From: Kordia sp.
GTDB taxonomy: Bacteria; Bacteroidota; Bacteroidia; Flavobacteriales; Flavobacteriaceae
Direction of reading: 5' to 3'
Assembly (NCBI RefSeq): GCF_045105435.1
Contig: NZ_JBGCDL010000137.1
Location: 407-64,406 of the forward strand
DNA length: 64,000 nucleotides
The notes under the pieces are model-generated. The model saw only the letters and a program-made list of their open reading frames with translations, was not told the DNA's origin and searched no databases. A program made the position numbers and the translations under genes. Of the stretch, positions 1-10,196 are shown one piece after another (the first letter of the stretch is position 1; every line of letters begins with the position of its first letter).

Positions 1-3000
1 AATTGCTCACCACTATTGTTTGATGAGGTTCCACCAGACCAATCGTACGTTACCGTTGCAGGATCGTACCCATTGTTTATTGGAGTTACTGTAATTGTAT
101 ATTCATCATTAATACATTCACCTTCTAGAGCAATGTTTGCTGGATCAATTTGCATTAATACAACAACATCAAAACTACCTGTTCCATAACAATTTGTATT
201 ATCATTTTCAAGACGTACATATATGGTTGCTCCTGAACTTACGTATGTTGTTGGATCTGCAAGCATGTTTGTTCCTGCTTCTGCATCAGCCATTGTTTCG
301 TAATAAGAAGCCGTTATAGGATCTGCCGTACCGTTTAATGCATTTAATTCAGCTTCACGAACAGTTAAATCAAATTCAGCTACACCATCAAGATCATCGT
401 CACATACTTCTGACGCAGATATAACTGCAACTTCTGGACTTGTCTGAACTGTAACTAAAACATCATCTGTTAATGTTACTAAAGATCCATCTGATAATGC
501 ATACGTTATAGATGCTGTATAAACAGTATCTTCCGTTGGAGAAACAGTAATATCAGTATCGTTACTGATTACGTTTCCGTCTGGATCTAACCATTCAAAT
601 GTATAGTTTGGTGCACCTGCTGGTACAAATCGCCATAATTCTTGTGTTAAAACTTCCCATGCACCTGTATTTCTTCCAGGAGGCGCATACCCTACAGTTC
701 CAGTAATGTTTTGGATACCTGTGGTAGCAAGACCTTGGTTCCAAGTTGGACAAAGTGGCTTTTCTATTAAAAGAACATCAACAACGTTAGAAGATTCATA
801 TAAAATAATCTGTTGTGTGGTTAATAGGTCATTACATCCAAATTGTGGAATTTCGAAGAACGTTACTTTGAATTGACGAGAAGGTGCTGTACCTACAGTT
901 GTATATTCAATATAGTGATCTCCTGTTACACCAGGATCAATATCGTGATATGCTCCATGAATCGCATTTAAAGGAAGTGTTGGCGATGGTATTATATCTA
1001 CACTACCATCTATATTCCAAGGACAAAAAGTTCCTTCATCTTGAGTTTGGAATGAAACTAGTCCATTTGCTCCAATTATTACGTCCGTATAGGTATTTCC
1101 AAAATAGTCGAAACTAAAGCCTAAACTAATTACAGAAGACCATCTGTCATCTAATGTAATAGACGTTGGCAAACCTGTTAAGTTATCTGGTGGACATTGT
1201 AAGTCACTGATTGTATATGTACTTGTATCAGACGTTATAGAACTTGCCATAAAGGTAGCAGATAAGTCTGTCGAAGTTACATCACATGTTTGCAATTGGT
1301 CATACCCTGCATTGATAATACCACAGGCTTGATCTGGACAGAATGCTTGTGTTTGTGGATCACTTGTTAACACACAGTTTGTATCATCAGTATCAGCTAT
1401 TGTAAATACTACTGGTGTTGTATTTGGATAAGGTCCAAAGGTATAAGTACCTGCAGCAGTTACTACTTGTGGAGCACTACCAAAGTCATCTGTAATTGTA
1501 ATTGTAACAGCATCACCTGCGTCCAAAATTGCTACGTCAACTAAGAATTGATCTCCTACAGCACAGTCTTCAACAACTGTATATGTTGCAGTTGGTTTGA
1601 AACATGTTAAACATTCAGCTGTCCATTCCCATGTAGTTCCATTTCCAGCTGCACAACTTGTAAAGCCGTCACTGTCAATTTCCATGAATAGGTTTCCGCC
1701 TGTTGATTCTATGACCAATCCTGTTAAATCTCCTGCGTTATTTCCAGAAAATAATATAGGGAATGTATTATCAGAACCATCATAGAAAGTTATGACATCA
1801 TCGTCATCAACAATTGTTCCTGTATTAAATGTAAGTCGTACTGGAAATCCTGAATCAGAGGTAAATGTAAATGTATTGTCATCATTATTTGTATAACAGT
1901 GATTTACATTAATAGCTCCATTAGCACAAACTAGATTGAATATTTGGTTTGGATCAGGTCTTGTTGTGAAGCTTTCTTCAGTACATCCTGTTGCCAGTCC
2001 ATTTCCATTATAAGCTAAAATCGTTACGTAGTATGTTGTAGAATATTCAGTATCTACTGGTAACGTATTTACGTTTCCAACATCTACACCGTTTACAATA
2101 TCAGTTCCTCCAGGAGTAGTTCCTACAGAAACAATATATCCTGCTGGTGAACCAATTGCTGATCCCCAAGTAATATTTTCATCAATTTCAAAAGCAGTTG
2201 CTCCGTTTAAAGGAGATGTCAGTGACACACATGATGGCGGCACAGTTGGATCAATACATCCTACGATGAAATCCCAAGGTTGAATATTTGTACTTGTTTG
2301 GCAACTTATAAAACCATCAGGAGTTACCTCAATGATGATCCTATCACCTGTTGATTCTGCAGTAATTCCTGCTAGATCTCCAGTATTTCCATAACCTGTA
2401 TATAATAAAGTTGTTCCATCAGAATCATAAATATTTAATTCATCCCAGTTGTTTTCAACATTTCCTGAGTTAAAACTTACTGCAAGGTTGTTACCGTTAG
2501 AACTTCTGTAGCTAAAACGCGTTGTAACACCATTTGTATAGCAAAAACCTACATTGTTTAATGGTGGCGCACTACAATCAACTATTTCATATGGATCGTC
2601 TCTAATTGTAAAGCTTTCTTCCGTACAAGCTGTAGCGTTTCCGTTAGCGTTGTAAGGTGTAATTGTTACATATATAACTGTAGAGAATGGCATTGTTCCT
2701 GGATCATACGTATTTACTAATCCAACATCAACTGCATTTGCAATATCTGTTCCTCCTGGAGTTGTTCCTATAGAGACTAAATATCCTGTTGGAGCGCCTG
2801 TTGCGCTTCCCCAAGTAATATCATCTTCTTCGTTAATGTCAACAGCTCCGTCCGAAGGCGAAGTTAAAGACACACATGTTGGTGGAACTGAATCGTCCAC
2901 ACATGATACTGAAAAATCCCAAGGTGTATATCCATCTGACTGACAACCAAAGATTCCATCAGACTGAATCATGATTGTAATAGAAGAACCTGAAGTTTCA

Positions 3001-3932
3001 AAAGAAAGTCCGGCTAAATCACCCGCATTTCCATATCCGTTGTAAAGTTCAGTAACTCCATCAGAATCTAAGATGATTAATTCATCCCAGTTATTTTCTA
3101 CTTGTCCTGCATTGAATATAACTGCAAGGTTTGAACCATCAGAACTTGAGTAGTTAAACATTGTGTTGTCATTGTTTCCATAACAGAAACCTGTGTTGTT
3201 TACTGGAACTCCAGAAGCACAATCAACAGATACATTTGGATCGGCACGTGTTGTAAACACAGATTCCGTACATCCTGTTCTGTTTCCATTTGCATTGTAA
3301 GGAATTACAGTAACATAAATATCACTCCCAAAAGGAAGTGTTCCTGGATCGTAAGTATTTACTAATCCTACATCTACCATATTCGCGATATCTGTTCCTC
3401 CTGGCGTTGTTCCAATAGAAATTAAATATCCCGTTGGTCCTCCTGTAGAAGATCCCCAAGTAATATCACTATCTTCATTTACATCAACCTCACCACTAGC
3501 TGGTGCTGTTACTGCAACACAAGAAGGTGGTTGCGTCGTGTCTACACAAGCAATTGTAAAGTCCCAAGGAGTAAAGTTGTCCCCTGCACAGTTTACCGTA
3601 CCATCGGACATAATCCCGATTGTAATGGTATCTCCTGTAGATTCAAAAGAAAGACCTGTTAAATCTCCTCCTGCTCCATAACCGCTATAAATTTGTGTTG
3701 TTCCGTCAGAGTCGGTGATGATTAGTTCATCCCAGTTATTCTCTACTTGTCCGGCGTTGAAGATGACTGCCAGTGGCGATCCATCACTACTTGTGTAAGT
3801 GAAAGTCGTTGTATCATTATTTCCATAACAGAAACCTGTATTATTTACAGGTCCAACAGTACAATCTACTGTTTGTGAATATGATAACGCACTGAAAAAT
3901 GTCACCATGATCAACAAGGTAATTTTTTTCAT
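1..3932 (-). CDS. Large secreted adhesin-like protein (probable T9SS substrate), more than 1310 aa, C-terminus beyond the window edge
   Basis: Absent from the ORF track because no stop lies in the window. My translation is open from ATG 3932 (MKKITLLIMVTFFSALSYSQ, signal peptide) to base 3. It has three CUB-like + FN3-like repeats, a fourth CUB-like unit, a nidogen-like segment (DDRWSSVISLGFSFDYFGNTY...GAYHDIDP) and a CDDDLDGVAEFDLT motif typical of flavobacterial T9SS surface proteins. Confidence 0.85.
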   Translation of the reverse strand, partial: MKKITLLIMVTFFSALSYSQTVDCTVGPVNNTGFCYGNNDTTTFTYTSSDGSPLAVIFNAGQVENNWDELIITDSDGTTQIYSGYGAGGDLTGLSFESTGDTITIGIMSDGTVNCAGDNFTPWDFTIACVDTTQPPSCVAVTAPASGEVDVNEDSDITWGSSTGGPTGYLISIGTTPGGTDIANMVDVGLVNTYDPGTLPFGSDIYVTVIPYNANGNRTGCTESVFTTRADPNVSVDCASGVPVNNTGFCYGNNDNTMFNYSSSDGSNLAVIFNAGQVENNWDELIILDSDGVTELYNGYGNAGDLAGLSFETSGSSITIMIQSDGIFGCQSDGYTPWDFSVSCVDDSVPPTCVSLTSPSDGAVDINEEDDITWGSATGAPTGYLVSIGTTPGGTDIANAVDVGLVNTYDPGTMPFSTVIYVTITPYNANGNATACTEESFTIRDDPYEIVDCSAPPLNNVGFCYTNGVTTRFSYRSSNGNNLAVSFNSGNVENNWDELNIYDSDGTTLLYTGYGNTGDLAGITAESTGDRIIIEVTPDGFISCQTSTNIQPWDFIVGCIDPTVPPSCVSLTSPLNGATAFEIDENITWGSAIGSPAGYIVSVGTTPGGTDIVNGVDVGNVNTLPVDTEYSTTYYVTILAYNGNGLATGCTEESFTTRPDPNQIFNLVCANGAINVNHCYTNNDDNTFTFTSDSGFPVRLTFNTGTIVDDDDVITFYDGSDNTFPILFSGNNAGDLTGLVIESTGGNLFMEIDSDGFTSCAAGNGTTWEWTAECLTCFKPTATYTVVEDCAVGDQFLVDVAILDAGDAVTITITDDFGSAPQVVTAAGTYTFGPYPNTTPVVFTIADTDDTNCVLTSDPQTQAFCPDQACGIINAGYDQLQTCDVTSTDLSATFMASSITSDTSTYTISDLQCPPDNLTGLPTSITLDDRWSSVISLGFSFDYFGNTYTDVIIGANGLVSFQTQDEGTFCPWNIDGSVDIIPSPTLPLNAIHGAYHDIDPGVTGDHYIEYTTVGTAPSRQFKVTFFEIPQFGCNDLLTTQQIILYESSNVVDVLLIEKPLCPTWNQGLATTGIQNITGTVGYAPPGRNTGAWEVLTQELWRFVPAGAPNYTFEWLDPDGNVISNDTDITVSPTEDTVYTASITYALSDGSLVTLTDDVLVTVQTSPEVAVISASEVCDDDLDGVAEFDLTVREAELNALNGTADPITASYYETMADAEAGTNMLADPTTYVSSGATIYVRLENDNTNCYGTGSFDVVVLMQIDPANIALEGECINDEYTITVTPINNGYDPATVTYDWSGGTSSNNSGEQ
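1950..3870 (-). repeat. Three tandem intragenic 645-nt (215-aa) repeat units; boundaries approximate
   Basis: Homologous segments tctgttcctcctgg / tctgttcctcctgg / tcagttcctccagg start at 3391, 2746 and 2101, a period of exactly 645 nt. Protein motifs VENNWDEL, PWDF and SIGTTPGGTDI recur in each unit. Confidence 0.9.
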
Positions 3933-4023
3933 AAAAAAGTTGGTTAATAGTTAGTGGCCCTAAAAATAGTAAAAAAATATAAACTTAACTTTACTTTAAC
4001 ACTTTAGTTGGAAAAAATAAAGT

Positions 4024-4986
4024 TTAATCGTTAAATTTTAATCGTATATATACTGGAAAGTGATCGCTATATCCGCCCAAATATTTCCTGCCTGCATAGG
4101 TTCTGAAAGGGTTGCCTTTGTATTTTCCTTTCCACTGTGTTAAGAAGTGCTCGTCAAAAATAGCTGCGGAAGCGAAACTATGCGTATTTTTTTTATAATT
4201 GAAGAAATTGGTCGTAAAAATAACTTGATCAAACAGATTCCATTCTCCTTTATAGCTTAAACTACCTTTATATATAGTAAGTAGTTTTTCCATAGGATTG
4301 TACAAACTAGTGTCCATTAAATATTTTTGAACACTATCACTTGTAGGATCGTCATTAAAATCGCCCATGATAATTATGTGCGGATCTATTTCTTCAGCTT
4401 GAATGTAATCTATTTTTTCGCGAACTGTTTCAGCTGCTTTGATTCGTTTGTGCGATGTTTCATTAGCGCCATCTCGTCTGGATGACCAATGATTTACAAA
4501 TACGTGAATTGGTTCATTATTCAATAATCCTTTTACATATAATGTATCGCGCGTAAAATCGCGTTTTCCTTCTTCATTATATAATAGAATCGGAATTGAT
4601 TCTGATTCAAGCACTTCAAAATATTCTTTTTGATATAATAAACCGACATCTATGCCGCGCTCATCGGGCGAATTGTAATGTACAAAGTCATAGTTAAATT
4701 CAGAAAGTTGTTTTGAAGCAATTAAATCATTGAGTACTTTTTTGTTTTCTACCTCAGCAACACCTAATAACACAGGCGCATTTTTTGCATCTTCCGGACC
4801 TAATCCAGCAATAGCAGATCCGAGCTTATATAGTTTCTTTTCGTACCGTTTAGGCGTCCAATTACGATCCGATTCAGGCAAAAAATCATTGTCAAGTGCG
4901 TACTTATCGTCTTCTGTATCAAACAAATTTTCAAGATTGTAAAATGCTATCGTATGATATTTCCGTATCGTATTTTTTTTATCCAT
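4024..4986 (-). CDS. Endonuclease/exonuclease/phosphatase (EEP) family protein
   Basis: YNLENLFD, GVAEVEN, NHW, MGDFND and SDHFPV motifs. Confidence 0.9.
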   Translation of the reverse strand: MDKKNTIRKYHTIAFYNLENLFDTEDDKYALDNDFLPESDRNWTPKRYEKKLYKLGSAIAGLGPEDAKNAPVLLGVAEVENKKVLNDLIASKQLSEFNYDFVHYNSPDERGIDVGLLYQKEYFEVLESESIPILLYNEEGKRDFTRDTLYVKGLLNNEPIHVFVNHWSSRRDGANETSHKRIKAAETVREKIDYIQAEEIDPHIIIMGDFNDDPTSDSVQKYLMDTSLYNPMEKLLTIYKGSLSYKGEWNLFDQVIFTTNFFNYKKNTHSFASAAIFDEHFLTQWKGKYKGNPFRTYAGRKYLGGYSDHFPVYIRLKFND

Positions 4987-5045
4987 AAAATGTACTAAAG
5001 TCCGTTTCTAATTATAAAAGTACTAAAATCAACAAAGGAAATGTG

Positions 5046-5053
5046 TAACTTTG
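5046..5053 (+). promoter_or_regulatory. Bacteroidota sigma70 -7 box (TAACTTTG) for hflX
   Basis: Exact TAnnTTTG match 16 nt upstream of the ATG at 5070. Confidence 0.6.
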
Positions 5054-5069
5054 TGTTTTAATTTTATTT

Positions 5070-6281
5070 ATGATAGAAAAGAAAACAATTGCATACGAGC
5101 GTGCTGTATTGATAGGAGTGATTACAAAAGAACAAGACGAAGCCAAATCGAAAGAGTATTTGGACGAGCTTGAGTTTTTGACATTTACTGCCGGCGGTGA
5201 AGCTGTAAAGCGATTTACACAGAAGATGGAAGTTCCGAATCCAAAAACATTTATTGGAACAGGAAAAATGGAAGAAGTAGCGCAGTTTGTAATGACTAAT
5301 GATATTGGTTCTGTGATTTTTGATGATGAATTATCACCAGGACAACAACGAAATATTGAGCGCTTGCTAAAGTGTAAAATTATTGATAGAACTGGATTGA
5401 TTCTTGACATTTTTGCGCAACGCGCCCAAACAAGCTATGCGCGTACACAAGTAGAATTGGCACAATATCAATACTTATTACCGCGATTAACTGGTTTATG
5501 GACACACTTGGAACGTCAACGAGGTGGAATTGGAATGCGTGGACCTGGAGAAACAGAGATTGAAACCGATAGACGTATTGTACGTGATAAAATTTCGTTG
5601 CTTCGAAAAAAGATGAAAACGATTGACAAGCAAATGGCAGTGCAACGTGGCAATAGAGGTGCTTTAATTCGAGTAGCATTAGTTGGATATACCAATGTTG
5701 GAAAATCTACCTTAATGAACGTAATTAGTAAAAGTGAAGTGTTTGCCGAAAATAAACTGTTTGCAACGCTTGATACTACCGTACGTAAAGTGGTGATTGG
5801 AAATCTTCCGTTTTTATTAAGTGATACTGTAGGATTTATTCGCAAGTTACCAACTCAATTGGTTGATTCGTTCAAAAGTACACTTGACGAAGTTCGTGAA
5901 GCAGATTTATTATTGCATGTCGTAGACATTTCGCATCCGAATTTTGAAGATCATATTGCTTCTGTAAATCAGATTTTAAGCGAGATTAAAAGTGCTGAAA
6001 AACCAACAGTCATGGTTTTTAATAAAATTGATGCATATACGTACGAAACTATTGATAGTGACGATTTAGTTACCGAAAAAACCAAAGCTCATTACACCTT
6101 AGATGACTGGAAAAAAACATGGATGAATTCTTCTGCGGAAGAGGTTTTATTCATTTCAGCCATCAACAAAGAAAACTTAGACGAGTTTAAACGAAAAGTA
6201 TATAATGTAGTACGTGAAATTCATGTAACGCGCTTTCCGTATAATAATTTTTTGTATCCTGATTATGAAGAATTATCATGA
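5070..6281 (+). CDS. hflX: GTPase HflX
   Basis: LILDIFAQRA, QVELAQYQY, GPGETEIETDRR, GYTNVGKST, LFATLD, DTVGFI and NKID motifs. Confidence 0.97.
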   Translation: MIEKKTIAYERAVLIGVITKEQDEAKSKEYLDELEFLTFTAGGEAVKRFTQKMEVPNPKTFIGTGKMEEVAQFVMTNDIGSVIFDDELSPGQQRNIERLLKCKIIDRTGLILDIFAQRAQTSYARTQVELAQYQYLLPRLTGLWTHLERQRGGIGMRGPGETEIETDRRIVRDKISLLRKKMKTIDKQMAVQRGNRGALIRVALVGYTNVGKSTLMNVISKSEVFAENKLFATLDTTVRKVVIGNLPFLLSDTVGFIRKLPTQLVDSFKSTLDEVREADLLLHVVDISHPNFEDHIASVNQILSEIKSAEKPTVMVFNKIDAYTYETIDSDDLVTEKTKAHYTLDDWKKTWMNSSAEEVLFISAINKENLDEFKRKVYNVVREIHVTRFPYNNFLYPDYEELS

Positions 6282-6300
6282 TAACAAACACTAAAAATTC

Positions 6301-6330
6301 AAAAAGAGGCTATGAAAATAGGCTCTTTTT
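6301..6330. terminator. Bidirectional intrinsic terminator between convergent genes
   Basis: aaaaagaggctat-gaaa-ataggctcttttt hairpin with one mismatch and A/T runs on both sides. Confidence 0.6.
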
Positions 6331-6346
6331 TTATGGGCATTAAGCA

Positions 6347-7636
6347 TCAATCTTCCTCAATCCAAGTACCTACAATTCCATTTTTCCCTAAACTATATCC
6401 CAAACGATAGCTTCCCGCTTTTTTCATTTCAATATATTTCCCTGGTGCCGGAATAATACCGTTGTCACGGAGAATTGCATTGTAAGCCGCTACTTTATCA
6501 TTTGCCAAACGCGTTCCGTTTTGTGTAATGTTATTTCCATCAATTAATAGTTTTACAGCTTCATCCGTAGAAGTGATGAATCCTTTTTTGTGTAAATCAT
6601 TGAATACTTTTTCAATTCTAGCATTTAAACCAATTATAACAATGTGATTTCCTTTTTTATAAAAAGAAAAGTCTGCATTTGTTTGTATGCCTGCTTTACG
6701 AAACATAGCGCTGTACTTTTCATACTGCGCACCTTCAAGCACTGTTCCGTTGACATACATACGGTCTTTTTCACTGGTAAACGTTACTTCTGATGTCGTA
6801 GTAATCAATTGATCTTTCAATAAAGAAGCGAGTAAATTTTCTTGCACTTCTGGCCAAATCCAATTAAAATTTGAGCCAGAAGTTGCTGTATATACTGTTT
6901 TTGAATCATTTAACAAGCGTTTAATATGCGATCCTACGCCACCTTTGTGACGTGCTTTTTTTTCAATTTCTTTTGCTTGTCGCTCAATACGTTTTGCCTC
7001 TTTTTCTATACGTTTTGCATCAAGTTCAATACGTCTTTGCTTGCGTTCTACTTGTCTTTTTTCACGTTCTTTTTCAGCTTCAAAACGTCTTGTTTTAGCT
7101 ACTGCTTGTCGCTCTAAACGTTTAGCTTCAAGCTGCAAACGATCAGCTTTTCTTCGCATACGATCTGCTTCGCGTTGCACACGTTCCTGTTCTACTTTTA
7201 CAGAACTTCCCGAAACAATGATTTTAATATCTTCTCCTAAGTTTTCAAATTTTTCAGTCAATGCTGGAGATGCTACATTCAAATCTAAGGTAATTCGCAG
7301 GTTTTTTTCCGTCAATTTTATAGAATACACCTTTTCGTCGCTACTCCATTTCGAATATCCTTTTCCGATATCCATGTTTTTTCCACCGAGTGTTTTTTCA
7401 ATTAAATCTTTCAATTTTTCATATCTATTTTTCGGGAAACGTGCACGAAGTTTATAATCATCATCTGTATGACTGATAGAAATAGAAGTACTTTCATTAT
7501 TCGTACGACTCTTTGTGCTGCTATTATAATTAGATGATGAGTTTGTTGATGGCGGCGTTGGCGACTCCGGTGTTGTTTGTGCATTTCCAACGAGAAACGC
7601 AAGTGTTAAAACGATTGTTATAATTATTTTTTGCAT
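6347..7636 (-). CDS. Secreted hypothetical protein with heptad coiled coil and duplicated C-terminal domain
   Basis: Signal peptide, Pro/Ser-rich linker, EAKRLER/DAKRIEK/EAKRIER heptads and two similar C-terminal units (L..DQLI...VNG..L...Y and L..KGFI...QNG..L...Y). Confidence 0.8.
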   Translation of the reverse strand: MQKIIITIVLTLAFLVGNAQTTPESPTPPSTNSSSNYNSSTKSRTNNESTSISISHTDDDYKLRARFPKNRYEKLKDLIEKTLGGKNMDIGKGYSKWSSDEKVYSIKLTEKNLRITLDLNVASPALTEKFENLGEDIKIIVSGSSVKVEQERVQREADRMRRKADRLQLEAKRLERQAVAKTRRFEAEKEREKRQVERKQRRIELDAKRIEKEAKRIERQAKEIEKKARHKGGVGSHIKRLLNDSKTVYTATSGSNFNWIWPEVQENLLASLLKDQLITTTSEVTFTSEKDRMYVNGTVLEGAQYEKYSAMFRKAGIQTNADFSFYKKGNHIVIIGLNARIEKVFNDLHKKGFITSTDEAVKLLIDGNNITQNGTRLANDKVAAYNAILRDNGIIPAPGKYIEMKKAGSYRLGYSLGKNGIVGTWIEED

Positions 7637-7668
7637 GTTTTCTTTTTTTTTGATGAATGTTTAAAATT

Positions 7669-8385
7669 TTAATTTTTGATGATTTTAAAAGTAAGTCCAA
7701 TGCCACGCGTACTTTCTATGGCAATGGTATTATCTTTCTTAAAATATTTCCGGAGTCAGCTAATGAATACATCCATGCTTCTTCCCGAAAAGAAATCATC
7801 ATTTCCCCAAACATTTTCAAGAACGTCTTCTCGTTTTATCATTTGGTTTTTGTGATCGTAGAAAAACTGAATAAGTTGCGCTTCTTTCTCAGTAATTCGT
7901 TGCGTTTCTCCATTGAATTTCAATTGATAGTTTACCGTATCAAAAACATACTTTCCAATCGCGTATTCCTGTTCGTTTTTTGATGAATTGCTTGTTTTTT
8001 GCGATCGTTTCAATATGTTTTGTAGGCGTAATACTAAAATATCTGCTTCAAATGGTTTGACGATATAATCGTCGGCTCCGAGTTTTAATCCTCGTATTTT
8101 ATCTTCTTTCATCTTCTTGGCTGTCAAAAAGATAAATGGAATTTCTGGGTTGTATTGAATCACTTTTTCGGCTAATGAAAAACCATCTAACTTTGGCATC
8201 ATCACATCAAACACACAAATATCAAAAGCGTTTTCGGCTTGGTATTCGTCCGCATTAAAAAGCGTAAAAGCTTCTTCTCCGTCGGTTGCCCAAGTGACTT
8301 CAAAATTGTGAATCATTAAGTATTGTTTTAAAATACTTCCAAAATCATAATCGTCTTCTGCGAGTAAAACCTTGATTTTTTGCAT
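7669..8385 (-). pseudogene. OmpR-family response regulator with a premature in-frame TGA at 7756-7758
   Basis: Receiver domain (LLAEDD, DVMMP, FLTA, DDYIVKPF) and winged helix. After SMDVFIS-TGA the same frame continues LRKYFKKDNTIAIESTRGIGLTFKIIKN to TAA at 7669-7671, which is the normal OmpR C-terminus. Confidence 0.85.
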
Positions 8386-9779
8386 TAGTTAATTGGTATT
8401 AATATGGTAAAAGTGGTTCCTTTTTCTAATTCGCTTTGCACAAATATTTTCCCTTCATGGGCATTTACAATCTGACTTGTATAATACAATCCGAGTCCAA
8501 GTCCTTTTACATTGTGTACATTTCCTTGCGTGACTCTGTAAAATTTTTCAAAAATTTGTGCTTGGTCTGCTACAGTAATTCCCATTCCGTTATCGGTAAT
8601 TTCTATACTGTATTTGTTTCCTTTTAGCGATGTTTCTATACTAATTTCTGTTTGATTATTCCCGTATTTTACTGCGTTTTCCAAAACATTTAAAATGGCC
8701 GTAGTAAAGTGAAATGTATCAATTCGCAACAATACTTCTTCCGCACATACATTGTTTATAATACTGAGTTGACGTTGTTGTGTTGATAATTGAAAATCGG
8801 CAATGAGATCGGCAAAATATTCATTATCTACCACCGTATCTTTTGACAATACAATGTCGTTAGCGCTTAAACTATTGGTCAATACTTGATCAATAAGTTT
8901 TTGCAAACGTGTATTTTGTCGATCTACAATGTTTAATGTATGATTGAACGCTTCCGCAGAATCGCGAATTCCCTTGTTTTTTAATGTTTTTGATGCCACA
9001 CCCAAAGTTGCCAAAGGTGTTTTGAGTTCGTGTGTAATATTGTTGATGAAATCAGTTTTGATTTCGGTGATTTTCTTTTGATTGATGAGGTTTTTGATGG
9101 AATAATACAGCAATCCAACCACAAATAAAAAGAGCAATACGGAGCAAATTAGTAAAATTGCCATTCGGCGGAATACAATGCTTTTCCAATCGGTAATTAA
9201 GATGATATCTTTTGTTTTGACTTCTACATCAAATGTGTTAGTAAATACGCTATCGTTTTCTTGTGTCACAAAATCGAATTCTGTGAAAGTTCGTGCCGAT
9301 TTGACTACGTGCGAATTTTTATTTTCAAAATGTTCACCTAATACGGCCAAGTCTTTTTGTTTAGGCAACGGAAAAATAGTGTCTTTTTCTTGTCCATTAA
9401 ACACAATAATACTGCTTATTTGGCGCTTGTAACGAATTTTATATCCTAAATTTATGGCTTCTAATTCTTTATGATAACGTTCCATATATGGCGCATTAAC
9501 ACTATCACCTTTTATGTGCAACCTACGAATAACTTCTGCTTTGCTAATCCGTTTGTTTTCGTAATCGCCTAAATTGGTACGCAAATCTTCTCCTATAATA
9601 TCTACCAACGAATCCAATTCAGGATGATTGTCAATATCAGAAATTGCATTGTCTGTTTCTTGTATAAACGCACGTTTTTTTAATTGATACGCGTTTTCTA
9701 CTAAGTAGGCCTGAATTCCCGATAAGGCAATTAAGGTGGCAATAGACGCAATTATTAATAGGGTGATTTTGTTTTTCAT
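8385..9779 (-). CDS. Membrane sensor histidine kinase (HisKA/HATPase_c)
   Basis: Two TM segments, FINNITHELKTPL, NVLENAVKY, DNGMGI, IFEKFYRV and GLGLGL. Overlaps the regulator start by 1 nt. Confidence 0.95.
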   Translation of the reverse strand: MKNKITLLIIASIATLIALSGIQAYLVENAYQLKKRAFIQETDNAISDIDNHPELDSLVDIIGEDLRTNLGDYENKRISKAEVIRRLHIKGDSVNAPYMERYHKELEAINLGYKIRYKRQISSIIVFNGQEKDTIFPLPKQKDLAVLGEHFENKNSHVVKSARTFTEFDFVTQENDSVFTNTFDVEVKTKDIILITDWKSIVFRRMAILLICSVLLFLFVVGLLYYSIKNLINQKKITEIKTDFINNITHELKTPLATLGVASKTLKNKGIRDSAEAFNHTLNIVDRQNTRLQKLIDQVLTNSLSANDIVLSKDTVVDNEYFADLIADFQLSTQQRQLSIINNVCAEEVLLRIDTFHFTTAILNVLENAVKYGNNQTEISIETSLKGNKYSIEITDNGMGITVADQAQIFEKFYRVTQGNVHNVKGLGLGLYYTSQIVNAHEGKIFVQSELEKGTTFTILIPIN

Positions 9780-9872
9780 TTAATGATTGTTGGTTTGTTG
9801 TTGGCTGTTTTTGCAGTTTCAACAATTCAAAAGTAGGGATTCAACCATTTGTAGCCATAAAAAACGAGATCG

Positions 9873-9889
9873 TTAACCGATTATTAACC
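9873..9889. promoter_or_regulatory. TTAACC direct repeat with 11-bp period upstream of the kinase/regulator operon
   Basis: ttaacc at 9873 and 9884. An 11-bp period is typical of OmpR/PhoB-family tandem boxes. Confidence 0.35.
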
Positions 9890-10020
9890 TAAAAAGCACA
9901 GAAATTAGCTGTGTTTACTGAGGTTTTTGATTTTGTGTTAATGAAAGGTATGTTTAAATAAAAAAGTGCGTTAACGTAGAAATTAACGATTGACGATTTT
10001 TGATTTTATTATTTCTTTAT

Positions 10021-10049
10021 GAGAATTTTACAAAAATACGTGGCAATCT
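10021..10049 (+). repeat. REP/REPIN-like half element
   Basis: gagaattttacaaaaatacgtggcaatct resembles 20935-20963 and the reverse complement of 61223-61251. Confidence 0.65.
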
Positions 10050-10196
10050 CATTCAACCAAAACACAGAATCTACTTTGAAACCGATATTTTCAAGTACTT
10101 ATCGATACTATTTTTCTCTGAAAAACCAACCGAAATGACGGTTTGGATTTCTGATTGCGTTTGATTGTACTTTGCGTGGATTACTGATAAAAAATA

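Noticed and set aside
137-1785. Short plus-strand ORFs in the track (137-319, 884-1117, 1597-1785)
   Set aside because: Antisense shadows of the large minus-strand adhesin.
7756-7758. TGA recoding (alternative genetic code or selenocysteine)
   Set aside because: TGA acts as a true stop for other genes here (hflX, TonB receptor), and the position is a conserved basic residue rather than a Cys.
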